A DNA stretch of 64,000 nt from Mobula hypostoma (Eukaryota): the NCBI RefSeq assembly GCF_963921235.1, contig NC_086118.1, positions 26,538,001-26,602,000 on the forward strand, written 5' to 3'. Each line of letters starts with the position of its first letter. Position 1 is the first letter of the stretch. The notes beneath the pieces are model-generated. The model was given only the letters and a program-made list of their open reading frames with translations, searched no databases and had not been told where the DNA came from. Shown piece after piece: positions 1 to 12,766 of the stretch. Position numbers and translations under genes: made by a program.

Positions 1-852
1 ATTAACAAATGCTCCAGTAAGTTTCTACGTGATTTCCGACTGCTAGTAACATCTTTGGAAAAGGTAGTAATACAGTGTTGGGAAATGGATGTAATTAAAA
101 AATAAATTTATATAAGAGAGGAACCAAATGTGATACCACAAATATTAAACAAGGGTTCCTATAAAAACTGTCAAAATTCCATCCTGAGGTTTAAAGGAGT
201 GCAAACCAGCCGTAATGACCCATTTGATACCAGCGGAACAAGCAACATTATGACTAGTAAATCAAATACTTTTCTCAATTCTGCCACCTGGTTTCTGCCT
301 TCTTCATTTTCTAGTTTGCTTGCATGGCTAAGTCTAAATTGTTATTGCAAAATAAATGGGTTTCTTCATTTTCCTTGGGAGTGTGTACTCTGCTTATAGG
401 AAATGGTTGTTGAAAGTGAAACACGGACAAGCGTTTTACAGGGGGTAAAAATGTATTTTTAATTTCCAAGTGTATTTTAAATTTGGGTTTACCACAGTGG
501 AATATGCAGTTTTTTTTTAAAAAAAGAAAATGCTTGCAGTTTGTGTCCCAGAGTACTGGCAGAAATAAATGGCTTAGGTACAAGTTTAAGAGTCTATAAC
601 TAGTCTAAAACCTGAATATGAGAACTTCAGAAAGCATTTATTTCTTGACTCACTTAAGGAGTGGGGAGACAAATGTTATGGGAGGAAGGATGAGAGGCAG
701 ATGCACTTGTAATTGAACATCCATTTTGTGATTTCTGCATTTAAAGATGCAAACACATCCAGCTGAGAACCCCAGAGGAAACTGTCGTGGCAGGCTCCAT
801 TTCATTAAGCAGTCAATGAGAGTAGTGACTTCTCCCTTGAAGCTGACATACG

Positions 853-1435
853 TGTAACACGCTGTAAGGTTTCACTGCTAATGTAATTGCTTCTCTGTAA
901 TGTTCCACTGCTGAGGTAATGGTTTCTCTGTAGCAGCAATGTTTGGGTTATGACTAGAGACAACGGGGCATGCTAGCCAATGAGCAGGATGTTGTTTTTC
1001 TTGTGTGTCTGGGAGCCGGGAATTCGCAGGGTTTTTTTGGTCGGGAGAGATGAGGACAGAAGACGTGAATGGAGAGAGTTGGTCGACCGCCAGATGGAGT
1101 GGACTTGCAGCGAGAGTCCGAAGGTCAGCGACGATCGGAGGAGGTTGATGGTGGACAAATGACCTTATCAGTGAGCTCCGCCCTTGCGCAATAGACTTGT
1201 TTCCTGAGAATGGGCCCATTTTCTTTTTTTCCCTTTACTAACCATATAGTCAAATTCAGAATTATAAAGCTCAATCATTTAATCGCATATTGCGTACTAT
1301 TTGTTATTTCGTGGTACGGATTTGTAACAGGGGACACATCACGCAGCATCCACCCAAACAAGATTTCTTAAGTTTAGCTGGGCCAAGGGCTATCACATCC
1401 TCTATATTAAGCTGCTAGCTGAAGTGAGAGTTACA
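853..1435. mobile_element. Solo LTR (probably Gypsy/ERV type)
   Basis: TGTAAC...GTTACA inverted termini, 583 bp, more CpG-rich than its flanks, CCAAT box near 977. No clean TSD because the right flank is rearranged. Confidence 0.7.
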
Positions 1436-2239
1436 ATTGAGAACATCCTGCTCATTGGTTAGCATGCCCCGTTATCTCCAGTCATAAACCAAACATTGCT
1501 GCTCAGATAATCTCCAGAATTGCTGACAGCCACCAACATCATCAAAGTCCCTGAATGTCTTCAATCCAAGTTACTGAGAAGGGTTCAGTACTGTTAGTTG
1601 AATTCTTAATGATGAGGCAAATAGCTCAAATAATTCTTCCCTAGAAATCCAAGAACAAACTGAAAACTTCCCAGGAACCTCATTGATGGTATCCATATGA
1701 TAGTCCAGCATTCAATTACTATAACCTTCATGAACACAAGATTTCTCCACTATTCATGTAAAAATGCACAAGGACAGAACTTGTAACCAGATGGCTATAG
1801 TGCAATTTGATTGAAGTTGCCAAAGAATTAAAGGAGAAAGTGTTAGCGTAGATAAACTCTTAAAACCATGGTCTCCTTTCATTCAAGAGTCTAATACTAC
1901 TGGAAACAGTCCAAAATTAACAGTTAGGTTTGTCTGAAGTGCTATTAAGAAATTATTTCAAATGCATAGTAAGCTGAATATTTAGAACTCTCTTTGGTGA
2001 ATAGGAACTGATATTAAGCTAAGAATCAACTTTAAATATGAAATACATAAGTTATTTTGAAATGGAGAAGATGGGAGGAAAATGTAAGTATGTTGAGTTG
2101 GATAACATATCAGCCAAAGATATCAGTGAACAGCAGGCCAGACTTAGAAAATGAAGAGTTTTTGTGCTTGGGAAAATGATATGTCACAATGTCTACTTCT
2201 CAAGCAGGCCAACTACTATTGAAGACAGATCAAAGCAAT

Positions 2240-3170
2240 CAGCCAAAATATTGCCCAAACGAAAAATTAAGATGAAACAAATGCACCAAGGCTGAGACGA
2301 TCAGCCAAGCGACAAAATTATTTGTTGCATAAAGTAGAAGAATATGGGACCACTTAGATGCGAAGGCACAATACTTTGTTTCTTTATTTCTGATTACTTC
2401 TTCATATTTTAATTTAATACTCTTACATCAATAAGTTCCCAGGATCTTGTTGTTCCAGAGGAACTCTGGGTGTTGTCTTATCGGATTCGTAATGTTCAAT
2501 GCACTGAATGTTAAGCTCAGAACTAAATCAACGGAACCAACGTGCCAATAATGCAAATACTGAGAGTCAACAGAAATCAATGCAAAGTACGGCAATGCAG
2601 TGCCTTACACTAGACATGACAACAGGTTTTCTCCATTCACAGATGTTGCTCTACAATTCTCTTTTAATTCAAATCACCATGAACTACAGTGTTCTATATC
2701 CCACAGTTCCAGCATGTTTTTATTTTTCCTCTTCTCTGTCCTCTGTCATTTCCGTCTATTTTACAGTTCCTCCATACTGATCAGCTGCGATATACAAGCT
2801 GCCAAAAAGCTAGAATGCCATAGACCAAAACATGACATGAAGATGTGAATCTTCCAAACACTTACAGGAGAATTTGTTGCACTTGGCTCTGAAGGGAAGA
2901 CTACATCAGTACATGTCAGAAGTGTTGGGTAAATGGCAAGACATTTGCAGCCATTGTTATGTCTGTATTGGAATGAATTTTGGATATATTGACGAGCAAT
3001 CGTGCACACTTGTCCAACTCCATAGTTCAAAAAATGTACACAGAAATGCAGAGTTCCATGGGCATCTATCCAAAATGCTACATACCAATGACATTCATTA
3101 TCATTCAACACAGGCAGAATGGTGGCAAAGTGACTACTTCAGTGCTATTACCAAAACACTTTGATATCTA
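2240..3170 (+). mobile_element. Possible highly decayed hAT (Charlie/SPIN-like) transposase remnant
   Basis: Peptides ENLLHLALKG and NDIHYHSTQAEWWQS weakly recall the hAT motifs EELLxLxxLKG and DLxYHTEVRWLS, in the expected order. Confidence 0.3.
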
Positions 3171-3310
3171 GACAGCTCTGTCAAAAGCTGCTTCATTAAC
3201 TAACCAGAGACAAAAAGGTCACAGGATATTGGTGTGAAGCAATCACATCTGTTTGGCATAATAGTATGTTTGAATGACATTATATCTGACCTCTGTCTCA
3301 ACAACTTCCA

Positions 3311-3585
3311 TTCAGAATCAGAATTAATATTACTGATGATACGTCACAAAATTAGTTTTTTTTTGTGGCAGCAATACAGTGCAATAAATATATATTTTTA
3401 AAATATTAAATAGGTAGTGCAAAAAGACAGCAATAATAATGAAGTAGAGTTCAAGAAGTTGGTTCAATGTATGTTCAGAAATCTGATGACGAAGGGGAAG
3501 AAGCTGCTCCTAAAATGTTGAATGTGCATCTTCAAATTCCTGTACCTCCTCTCCGATGGCACTAATAAGAAGAGAGCATGTCCTA
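3311..3585 (-). mobile_element. Rex1/Babar-type LINE 3' end
   Basis: (ATTCTG)-type tail on the minus strand; similar to the copy at 21730-22146. Confidence 0.65.
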
Positions 3586-4639
3586 TTTGTGTTCCTAGAA
3601 GTTCTTTTCATGTTTTGCTTTATAGTCATAGCTGAGCATTATCTGAGAAGTGAGAAGTGCACAGCAATTGGGTGCTGGATATCAGGGTATAGTTGTTAAC
3701 TGGAATCATTTGGCATAATTGGAGTTGGGGGCTGAAGTATGAATACAGTATTTGATGAGAGCTCCAAAACACAGGTTGCTGTCATTATTTACTCTACTGG
3801 GAATGGTTGCTTACACTCAATTCCTAGATGAAATCAGCAGAAGTTTATATTTACAATTCAAAGCTTCATGATGTAAAGTTTCCCAAGTATTTCAGAGGAG
3901 TAGTATTAGAATCTGACAATGCTTCAGGGCAGGGGCCATTAGGTGGGCTCCCACACATTCAGACACAGATGCAGATACTAAGCGACAAACAGTAAGGGAG
4001 AAAGGGGCAGACAGCTCAAGGAAGGGAAATAATGGAGTCTGAGATGTAGTTTTCAGGACAAAGCAAATATCATCCTATAGGCATTCATAAATACTAGATT
4101 CATTGATAATGTAATCCTTGCACTGGGCAGGTAGGCAGCACTAATGCAGGGCAGTTTTCTCTTTCGGCTCATCAGTGGTGAATTTATTGAGGCTTTTAGA
4201 GTTATTTGTAATGTTACAATACTTCGGTAACACAGTCAGAACTGCTGGATATGACACAGCATTGGGATTTGTGCATCATTGGTGCACTCACTGTACTGGA
4301 ACAAACAGTCCTCAGATTGGCTTCTGAATCTGATGGCAGATAATTATCAAATCAATACAGAATAAACTAAGCATTGCACTCTACACTGGTTTGCAGTACG
4401 ACCTGTCCAAAGTCAATGTTACGTACACATCCTTCTGCACTGAAGCATCGCTGACCGCTTGCTTAGAATTGCTTATATGTTATTAATTGATTTTACTCAA
4501 AACATCAGCTGTACAAATGAAAAAAAATTAAACACATGCCACATTTTTTGGTGAAATTATTAGGAGGATTTTGTCCCTTGTGGACAAAATGATGGTAAAA
4601 TTTCCCTTATTGGTAGCACTCGTGCTGTGGCAGAAAATA

Positions 4640-4990
4640 ACCATAGTAACTTCAGCACATAATTTCAGCAGAAAGATCAGCATAGTATTAAAGAGAACAA
4701 CTCCGTTGAAAGATTGCATCTTCTGGAAGAGTCTTAAACCAGCGCTTCTTCTAACATCTCTTTTTTTACCCCAGAAAAGACCATACAAGTTCTCCTTAAT
4801 ATATGGGCAAAACACACCCCTTAACCAGTTCCACAGAAACAGATGCATTGTTGTTTGTGGGATCTGGCAGTTGGAAAGTACCCATTTCCTTAAGCTACAA
4901 CCGTGAATGACACTTCAAAATTACTTATTAATTGTGGGAAGCAATTCGAGAGTTTGCAGTCATAAATACACCACATAAAGATAAATTTGC
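4640..4990 (+). mobile_element. Old DeuSINE (SacSINE1-like) remnant
   Basis: Tail ttgtttgtgggatct...acacttcaaaattacttattaattg matches the reverse complement of the 47230-47660 copy. Confidence 0.5.
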
Positions 4991-5486
4991 TGGCAGTGAT
5001 GCAGTGTATTGAACAAATTTGTGTAAGTGCTGGAATCATGACAACCAATACCCTTCCAAGAAAAGTGATGCATTAGCGCAAAGAGCTAGAGATATATTTT
5101 TCTTTATGGTTTAATTTATGCAAAATACTGGCAGATATTAGAAGAGCAATATTTGCATATCAAATAATTAGCACTGGTTTATTTGCAGCTCAAAATGAGG
5201 GTAGTACATTAGTAGGCAAGTTTGATTTCAACAAAATCTTCAGAGTATACCTTGCTTGGGTCAAAATAATAATTGAATGGTTTAACTGATTGAATAAAAG
5301 CATACAACATTTCTCCAAGATCCAACAAATTTTAATCATCTCATATTAATGCATACTCAGAGAAATTAACTTAATGCAAATGAAAACTCCATCCACAATC
5401 TAAATACATTTCATTCACTTATACATTTCCCAAGTGGCTTGCAATGATTATGCAGTACAAGAAAAGATTATGCCTAAATTAAAATA

Positions 5487-6411
5487 TAGTGGATTCCTGA
5501 CGAAGGGTCTCGGCCTGAAACGTCGACTGCGCCTCTTCCTATAGATGCTGCTTGGCCTGCTGTGTTCACCAGCAACTTTGATGTATGTTGCTTGAATTTC
5601 CAGCATCTGCAGAATTCCTGTTGTTTACGTGGATTCCAGTTAATTCGGTTGTCGGTTAATCGGGGCAGCCGCTTATTAGGGACAACTCTCAAAGACAAAA
5701 ACTAATCAAAAATATACAGGATTCCCTTTGTTTATTTGGGACTCTATGATGCTTAATTGGTGCAGGAGACTGTAGACAAACAGTTTCTACTTAACGTCAG
5801 ACACGTACAGTTTTGTGGCTGTTAGACACTACACTGCTTAGAGTGAACACTTTTTAAATAGCGTCAGTTGCATGTTTTTGTGTTCAAACAGCAGTAATTG
5901 GCAAGGAATAAGCAGCAAGACAATACAGAACTGTTTTGCTCACTGCGGTTTCAAGCATTCGGGTTTAGAGATGCGAGAGGCAGCCAGAAATGGATATAAA
6001 ACAATTTCACTACTTCAACAAGTTAGAAACTGTGAAGAATTTCAAGGTATCAACAATTATCTTGAATGTTACAATGAAAATGAAGATTTGGAGGATGCAG
6101 TCGTTGATACCATTGTATGAAGGCAGACCATGTTTACACTGGTTTTGTTCATTTTCAATCAATCAAAAAACACTCTGCCAAAAAAAAATTTGGAACTAAT
6201 ACACAGTATTATAGTACTGTAGTATTATTGGTAGTGTTCTAATTTGTTCCGTATTTCATTTAAATATGTAATTTTTTACTCAGTTAACAGGTAGTTTGCC
6301 TTTTTTATGCCTTTTAAAATATTTCCATGAAACTTTGGCTAATTGGGACAGCCACTTAATTGGGCCAAAATGTACTGGTTCCAATGTGTCCAAATTAACT
6401 AGAATCCACTG
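5487..6411 (+). mobile_element. Non-autonomous Tigger/pogo DNA transposon, left TIR split by a Penelope fragment
   Basis: TA|(c/t)agtggattcc...gaatccactg|TA. Transposase C-terminal remnant WQGISSKTIQNCFAHCGF. Same family as 39827-40556. Confidence 0.85.
5496..5628 (+). mobile_element. Penelope-like pseudo-LTR fragment with hammerhead motif
   Basis: CTGACGA-AGGGTCTCGGCCT-GAAA-CGTC. Flanked by GTGGATTCC duplication (5489-5497, 5629-5637). Homologous to the 3' end of the Penelope element at 58571-58906. Confidence 0.85.
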
Positions 6412-7879
6412 TATTCCAATATTCTGCTGTCAGGCTTTCAGCCTTTCATTATTAAACATGGTCATCCAAAACGTTGCTACTGTGTCCTGATGCACAAGCA
6501 ACTTTTACCATCCACCCTGTGCTTTCTGTCCTGCACTGGTCTCTAGTTAAAATATCCGCATGAGACTAAGTGTCCATCCTGTTACTGATGAGGTAGCATA
6601 TTGGCACAGCACGCCATTACTGCAGCAGACTACGCAGGCTCACTGGAACAATTCAAAATGAATTTTTTTTTTTTATAATTTAAGTGCAATCGTGAACAAT
6701 AGCCAGATCAGAAAGCTGATCAAGTCAACTAGTTCTCAAAGAGAACTCTGATAGACCAATCAGATGGTTCACTGCTGCTCAGCGATAGCAAGTACATAGG
6801 ACAGGCACACGGGTCGCTAGCCCCTGTACCCCAGAAACACACTTGAGCGGTGCGGCGGAGGTATGTGCTATGCATGACCTGATCTGAAAGAATCATGTTG
6901 ACTCATAACAGATCATGTTCACGGTGGAACAGCTTGGCCAAGGATGGGGTGATCAGCACTGATGGACAAATTATACCTCCACTACCCCAAATCTAAAGGT
7001 TCTTGAAGAACTAGGATTTTATACTGACCAACAACAAAACAACTGAGATTAAAATAACCGGGAATCATAACAATTCATGGGTATCTGTTAGTTTACATAG
7101 AAGTGCATTTTCAGGATTAGTTATATTAGCAGTACTAAAAAATAAGCAACCTAAGCTAATAAAAATCAAAGCAAATTTGCAGCAGCCGGAAATCTTGAAT
7201 AGGTGAAGGGTCTTCATTCTAACCAACGGTTTTCAACTTCAAGTGCAAGCTTGCTTTCACTTTCCACAGATGCTGCCTGACCTATTAACTATTTTCTGCA
7301 TTTTTTCTGCTTTAAATCCAAGCACGAAAGGAATATGCATGGTGAGCAGGAAATCATGAATGTAAAACCAAAATTGCCATGTTTTCTGTAATTACGCAGC
7401 ATTGACAACATGCATTTCCTTAGCAAGACTAAAACAAATCCACAGCAAAGAAGAATCAAAAGTTTGGTTGACAACATGGGTTTAAGGAGAATTTTAAAAG
7501 AGAAAAGGGAATTAGAGTGGCAGAAGATTTCAAGTCATCCACCACTGGTGGGGTAAATGCACAAAAGAAAATCAAAATAAAATCATTCATGAAACGTAGG
7601 TGAGAAAAATAGGAATATCGAGGACAAGACCAATGATACACAATGTTTTTGCACTGAGGATTGATTTACAATCTGAACAACTTACAAAAGGCATTCATAA
7701 TAAACTCTTTTTATTTTAATCATACATAATCCAACAATTACATTTTCAGTCAAGTTTAAAAACATAAATGCCATATTTCTGGCTGCTTCACTCACTGCAC
7801 CTGCTGTTCCCTTACTGGTCCATTCCTCTTATCTTCAATGTTTTGTTCCATCTTCCCCAGGACTCAATTACTCCCATGA

Positions 7880-8935
7880 AGCAATAAACACTGGAAATAC
7901 TCAGACAGTCAGGCAGCAACAGTGGAAAGAGAAACAGACTCAACAAACTGATGCAAGATCATGAGCCCAAAATGCTTGCTAATCATCGAAGGTAGGTCTG
8001 GAAGTGTTGTAAGTGAAAGGAGATGAGCAAGAGGTATCAACACTAGACCCATGAGATGCAGAAAATGGATGTCTCTGTACATATCTTCTAATCACACCTT
8101 TGTATACAAATTATAGATGCATCACCTATTCTTTTAACGCTTCCTTTCCAACCATCCAGAGATCCAAACACTCCTTCCTGATGAAGTAGCAATTCACTAG
8201 CACTCCTTTCAATTTAGTGTACAGTATTTTGTTTTATTCACAATGTGGTCTCAGCTTCAATGGGGAAACAAAGTGGAGAATGGGTGACCACTTTGCAGAA
8301 GACCTCCACTCATTCTATAAAGGTGACTCTAAGCTTCTTGTTCTCACTCTGACCTCTATGTGTCTTCGACTTCACACTTCCAATAAACCCCAATGAATCA
8401 CTGAGTAACAGCTTCCCACTTTACCATCATGAGGACTTGACACTGAATCTCACAATTGCAGATAATTAGTCTTTCTTACACAAATCAGAGTGAAATAGTT
8501 ATCTGAAATCATGCAGGGTCATCACTCTGTGTCACCAACTTGGAAATTTCGTCCCACCCTACCCCATAGATGCTAGTTGACCAGCTGTCTCATTTGCTTC
8601 AGAACTTCAGATTTCCAGCAACAGCTATGTCCTGTACCTCATAGTTCCAGCAGAGCTTCTCTCTTCTCCATTCTCATTCATCTCCCTCTATTTCTCTTCC
8701 AGATAGATCAGTTACAGCCAACAAGTCTTCACCATGTTCTCAGCACACACCACTGCTATTTACGTCATTCCTTTTTTCCTGGTCTCCACCCATCATTCCC
8801 ATGGTTCCCTCACCTTCTCTGCAACTTAAAACGGGCATTTTCCAACCTTCCTGATGAAAGATTGTCATCCCGATATGTTACTTTTTCAATAGATGCAGCC
8901 TAACTTGCTGAGTATTTTGACCTATTTCTACTTTT
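7880..8935 (+). mobile_element. Decayed Penelope-like element (GIY-YIG region plus pLTR pieces)
   Basis: Remnant GETKWRMGDHFAEDLHS near 8263-8313 is homologous to GETRRRLGNRFVKHFHS of the 58.9-kb copy. Degenerate ctgatga motif near 8852. Confidence 0.65.
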
Positions 8936-9319
8936 ATGAAATAATAAGCAAGTGATTCAAATATTTAAAAATATATTTAAATCCCATCTTTCATAGTTGG
9001 CTTGGATATATTGCAGCTACATAATCCCTGTTGGAAATGGAGATGAAAATGTCCTATCATTTCTGCCATCATTGCTTTCTCTAGGTGTTATTTATCAAGT
9101 AGGTATACAGATTCATCAAGCAAAGGAGAAGAGTACTTCAAGGGGAAATGGAAGCAAGATACTCAACACTCAAGTTGCACCTTTTGAATGTCATTCAAGT
9201 GTTGGGAAATAGGATTAGTATAGGTTCTTGATGGTTGGAATAGACATGGTCGGCCAAGCGACTTGTATCTATGTTGTATAATCATTTCTCAAGGAGGGTA
9301 GCAAGCATGTGTCATGTGT

Positions 9320-9770
9320 TATCCAGTTCCATGAAACTTCATGGGTGTGGAGACATGCTGGGGATTACTATAGTCCTCCTTTTCTGAATATACATCATCT
9401 TTGAGCATACTGTTTTGTAAATGGGCCAGGACATACCCAAAAATGGCACTGAAACAGCCTGAGATGCGGTCTGAAAGATCCTCAAATGATTCCGGGAGTA
9501 TGATCATGCTAGACTTGTTTGGTAAGTCTGTGGAAAAGCTTTCCCAATTCTGACACAGAACCTCGAGGTTTGGAAAGAGCACTTTGCAAGGTCAACTAAG
9601 TTGGGTACATTGCCATCCTGGGCTATTCTTGCACTTGGGACAATACCGATGGTGGCCCATTATTGTTATAATTTGTAATGGCACCTTGATAGAACAGATT
9701 GGCCTGCTTGACCTTTTGAGTGATCAATTAAGCACCAACCACAGCACTAGGAGTCACAGCATCACTGAAG
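9320..9770 (-). mobile_element. Ancient LINE 5' region (APE endonuclease remnant)
   Basis: IILPESF...IFGYVLAHLQN...VYSEKE resembles the LINE endonuclease motifs VILTES...IPGYVLSHRQD...VYSREG. Confidence 0.5.
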
Positions 9771-9948
9771 TAATGAAACTTCCATGAAAATTATGAACTA
9801 CTGAAATTATTGGTATTCAATTTAGAATGAAGTACACACACAAAAAACACAAGACAACACACAAACGAGGTGGACTTTCTCTAGAATCAGTTACATTGTT
9901 ACTAAATTACATTGACCACTCTGCCCAATTCCACTGAATCGCTTTGTA

Positions 9949-11056
9949 CAGGTTGAGCACCCCTTATTGGAAATTCCAAAATCCAAAAAGCAAAGAAATC
10001 CAAATTTTTTTCAACACTGACATGATATCACAAATGTAAAATTCCACAAGGTGCTAGGAAGGTTCCCAGTCGATACACAGGTCTCTGCGTACCACAGACA
10101 GTTCTGAGAAGTGACCTCACATATGTAATGAACAGAAGTTAATGAAAATAGAAAAACACTGCATAAAACAAAATATAAAGATCTCAATTGTGTATTGAAA
10201 GTGTGGATTTATCAGTATCAGAGTGAGCAAATGCCACTTAACGGTATACTGATCATGAAACAAGCAAAGATCTATCACGACAAACTGAAAATTGAAGGCA
10301 ATTGTGAATATTCAGCAGGCTGGTTGCAGAAATTTAAGGAACAGTATTAATTTTTTAACGATCTGTGGCGATAAAGTGTCTGCTGATCACGAAGCAGCAG
10401 AGAAATTTATTGATGAGTTTGCCAAGATCATTGCTGATGAAAATCTAACATGTTGAACTGCTGCATCAGTACAATTACGTGATGAACAAGTGTAAGACAA
10501 AGCCTGCTTACCAGCAGCAGATAAATTCAGTGTCAGGAATGACTGCGATACAAAACAGCCACTGACTATCTAGCAGGGCAGCCAAGGGAGTGATAGCTTA
10601 CCTTTCGGATGGTTCAATGCACACATTAGAGTTTCATGCACAAAATTATTAAAAATAGTACATAAAACTACCTTCAGAATATATGTAGCACAAAATCAAG
10701 AAAATCTGCAGATGATGGAAATCCAAAGTAACACGCACAAAATGTTAGAGGAACTCAGCAAGCCAGGCAGCATCTATGGAAAAGAGTAAACAGCCAGCAT
10801 TTCGGGCCAAGACCCTTCATCAGAACTGTTCAGTCTTTTCTGTAGATGCTGCCTGGACTGCTGAGTTCCTCCAGCATTTTGTGAGTTGTTCAGAATATAT
10901 GTACAAGCTGTATATGTACTGTAAATGGACTTCAGATTTAGACTTGTGTAATATCCCCAAAGTAGCTCATTATATAGATGCTAATATTCCTAAAAAATAT
11001 CCAAAATCTGAAACACCTCCGGCCCCAAGCATTTCAGAAAAGAGGTGCTCAACCTG
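9949..11056 (+). mobile_element. Internally deleted Tigger4/Zombi-like DNA transposon
   Basis: TA|CAGGTTGAGCAC...GTGCTCAACCTG|TA. CENP-B-type HTH remnant DLNCVLKVWIYQYQSEQMPLNGILIMKQAKIYHDKLKIEGNCEYSAGWLQKFK at about 10180-10340. Confidence 0.9.
10688..10888. mobile_element. Fold-back Penelope pLTR insertion nested in the Tigger element
   Basis: Inverted arms cacaaaatg..gaggaactcagc..ggcagcatcta / tagatgctgcc..gctgagttcctc..cattttgtg. 15-bp TSD TTCAGAATATATGTA at 10673-10687 and 10889-10903. Confidence 0.85.
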
Positions 11057-12766
11057 TAATACTAAGTGTGACTTAAAACATGAGGGAGGAGATATATACA
11101 GATGATTCTATATCAACTAATTTAAATGAAATAAAATTGACCAGCCTTCCCACCTGACTTCCCACAATTAACTGTACCCAAATAATGCAACACTCCCAAG
11201 CACCAAGGCCATAACATTGCTCTGTCTCAGAATACTGAATAATGTGAGAACTGTTACTGATTAACTTCAGTGTGACTCATTATATATACATGGCTCTTTC
11301 TACATTATGACACAAGCAGCATTTGCAGAGGTAATTACTCCATTACCTTTAAATTTAAACACTCTCAGCTTGATTAATGTATACTCAAGCATTCTGTAAA
11401 ATCTCAAATACAAAAATAAAATTCCTTAAAATACACAATGTTTCTATTTTATACAGCAAAAAAAACCTGAAGAGAAATAGAAGACAAGCAAGTCATTTTG
11501 TGTAAAGACCTTCTGAAAAGAACTGACAGCAAACCATTCAATGTGTGATTCAGCATAGGTATCAATATGGCAATCATGCAGAGTACGCACAGGCAATGAT
11601 GATATGAAAAAAGTCACATTTTAAAGAGAAACAGGAATTTATAATAAAGCAAAGTCAAAATGCTTTCTATAAAGTAAATGCATTAACTCCTCTTATTGCA
11701 AACTACCTTGCTCTGGAAGATGTAATTGCCAAAGCTTTTACTAGTGACATGCCTGGAATGTGCGTCAGTGCAATGAAAAGAATCCAGTGCATTTACAATC
11801 TGTTAGCACATTCCTGCCTCCCCTTCCTCAAAATCTAATCTCCAGAAGAATGATGATTTTCAAGCTTCCCTCTTTGGCCCCAACTTGACTACAAGGTTAA
11901 CTGAGATTGCTGTTGTCAGGTACGTTTATGCCCTGGCAACATTAAGGGTCTATATATCACTAAGTCAGACTTCCAAATGACAGTAATATACTATGAGTAG
12001 CAGATTGTGACACTCAGGGCAATGTGGATTGAGTTTCCCCAACTGGGTGTTTCAGATCTGTTAAACTAGAAACCCTCTCCATATATTTAATAAACAATTT
12101 AATTTGTAAATTTGACTTACTGACTGATTTTCTTATCTACATCAATAATTAAATTAATATTGCCTTTAAACAAAACTAAATCAATACACTTGGGCACAAC
12201 GTTTCCAGTACATTGTCTGTCAATAGAGAAAACTGAACTGATTATGTTTTGTCTCAGCAGCTGTTTGATAAGCTGAAGGGAGGAATGTTCTAAGTGCTTG
12301 TCCATTGTACCGAACAAAATCACCTACATACTAGTTAAGTCTGGAAACATCCTTAATTAGCCATACCAACAACATGCTGAATGAAAAATGCCGCTCCACA
12401 AGAAACAGCAAGTATTTGGATTTCAGAGCTGCTCCTGAGATACAAAATTCTATCAAGCCTCCTTATTACACCACAGCTGCTCTTCTCTGCAAGGATTCCA
12501 AGGTCCCATGGTTCCGCACAAATTTCAGGCACGTCTGGAACTGCAGTATTTATTTACTGTGAAACATTATTTATTGTGCAGCAGTTTCAGGGTGCCATCC
12601 TCCATCCGTGACATCAATGGAGTGGTGGATTAGCAGGTCAAAATGCAGTGTCATCTCCAAATCCCTGCTGATAAGCTACCCGTTGTGTTTCAGGGATGCA
12701 TAAAATAAAATCCTTCAACCTATTCTTTTTTAATCTTCTTGTGTGGAAGAAGATTGATTAATTTAC

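Noticed and set aside
2761..3111. Minus-strand CCT|GTAAGT donor near 2865 with an open frame
   Set aside because: The peptide does not match the expected SSLTCPHC exon and I found no convincing acceptor
4528..4906. Overlapping 106-aa and 111-aa ORFs
   Set aside because: They lie in an old SINE remnant and show no protein motifs
9319..9582. 87-aa ORF as a host exon
   Set aside because: Better explained as a decayed LINE endonuclease; no USP similarity
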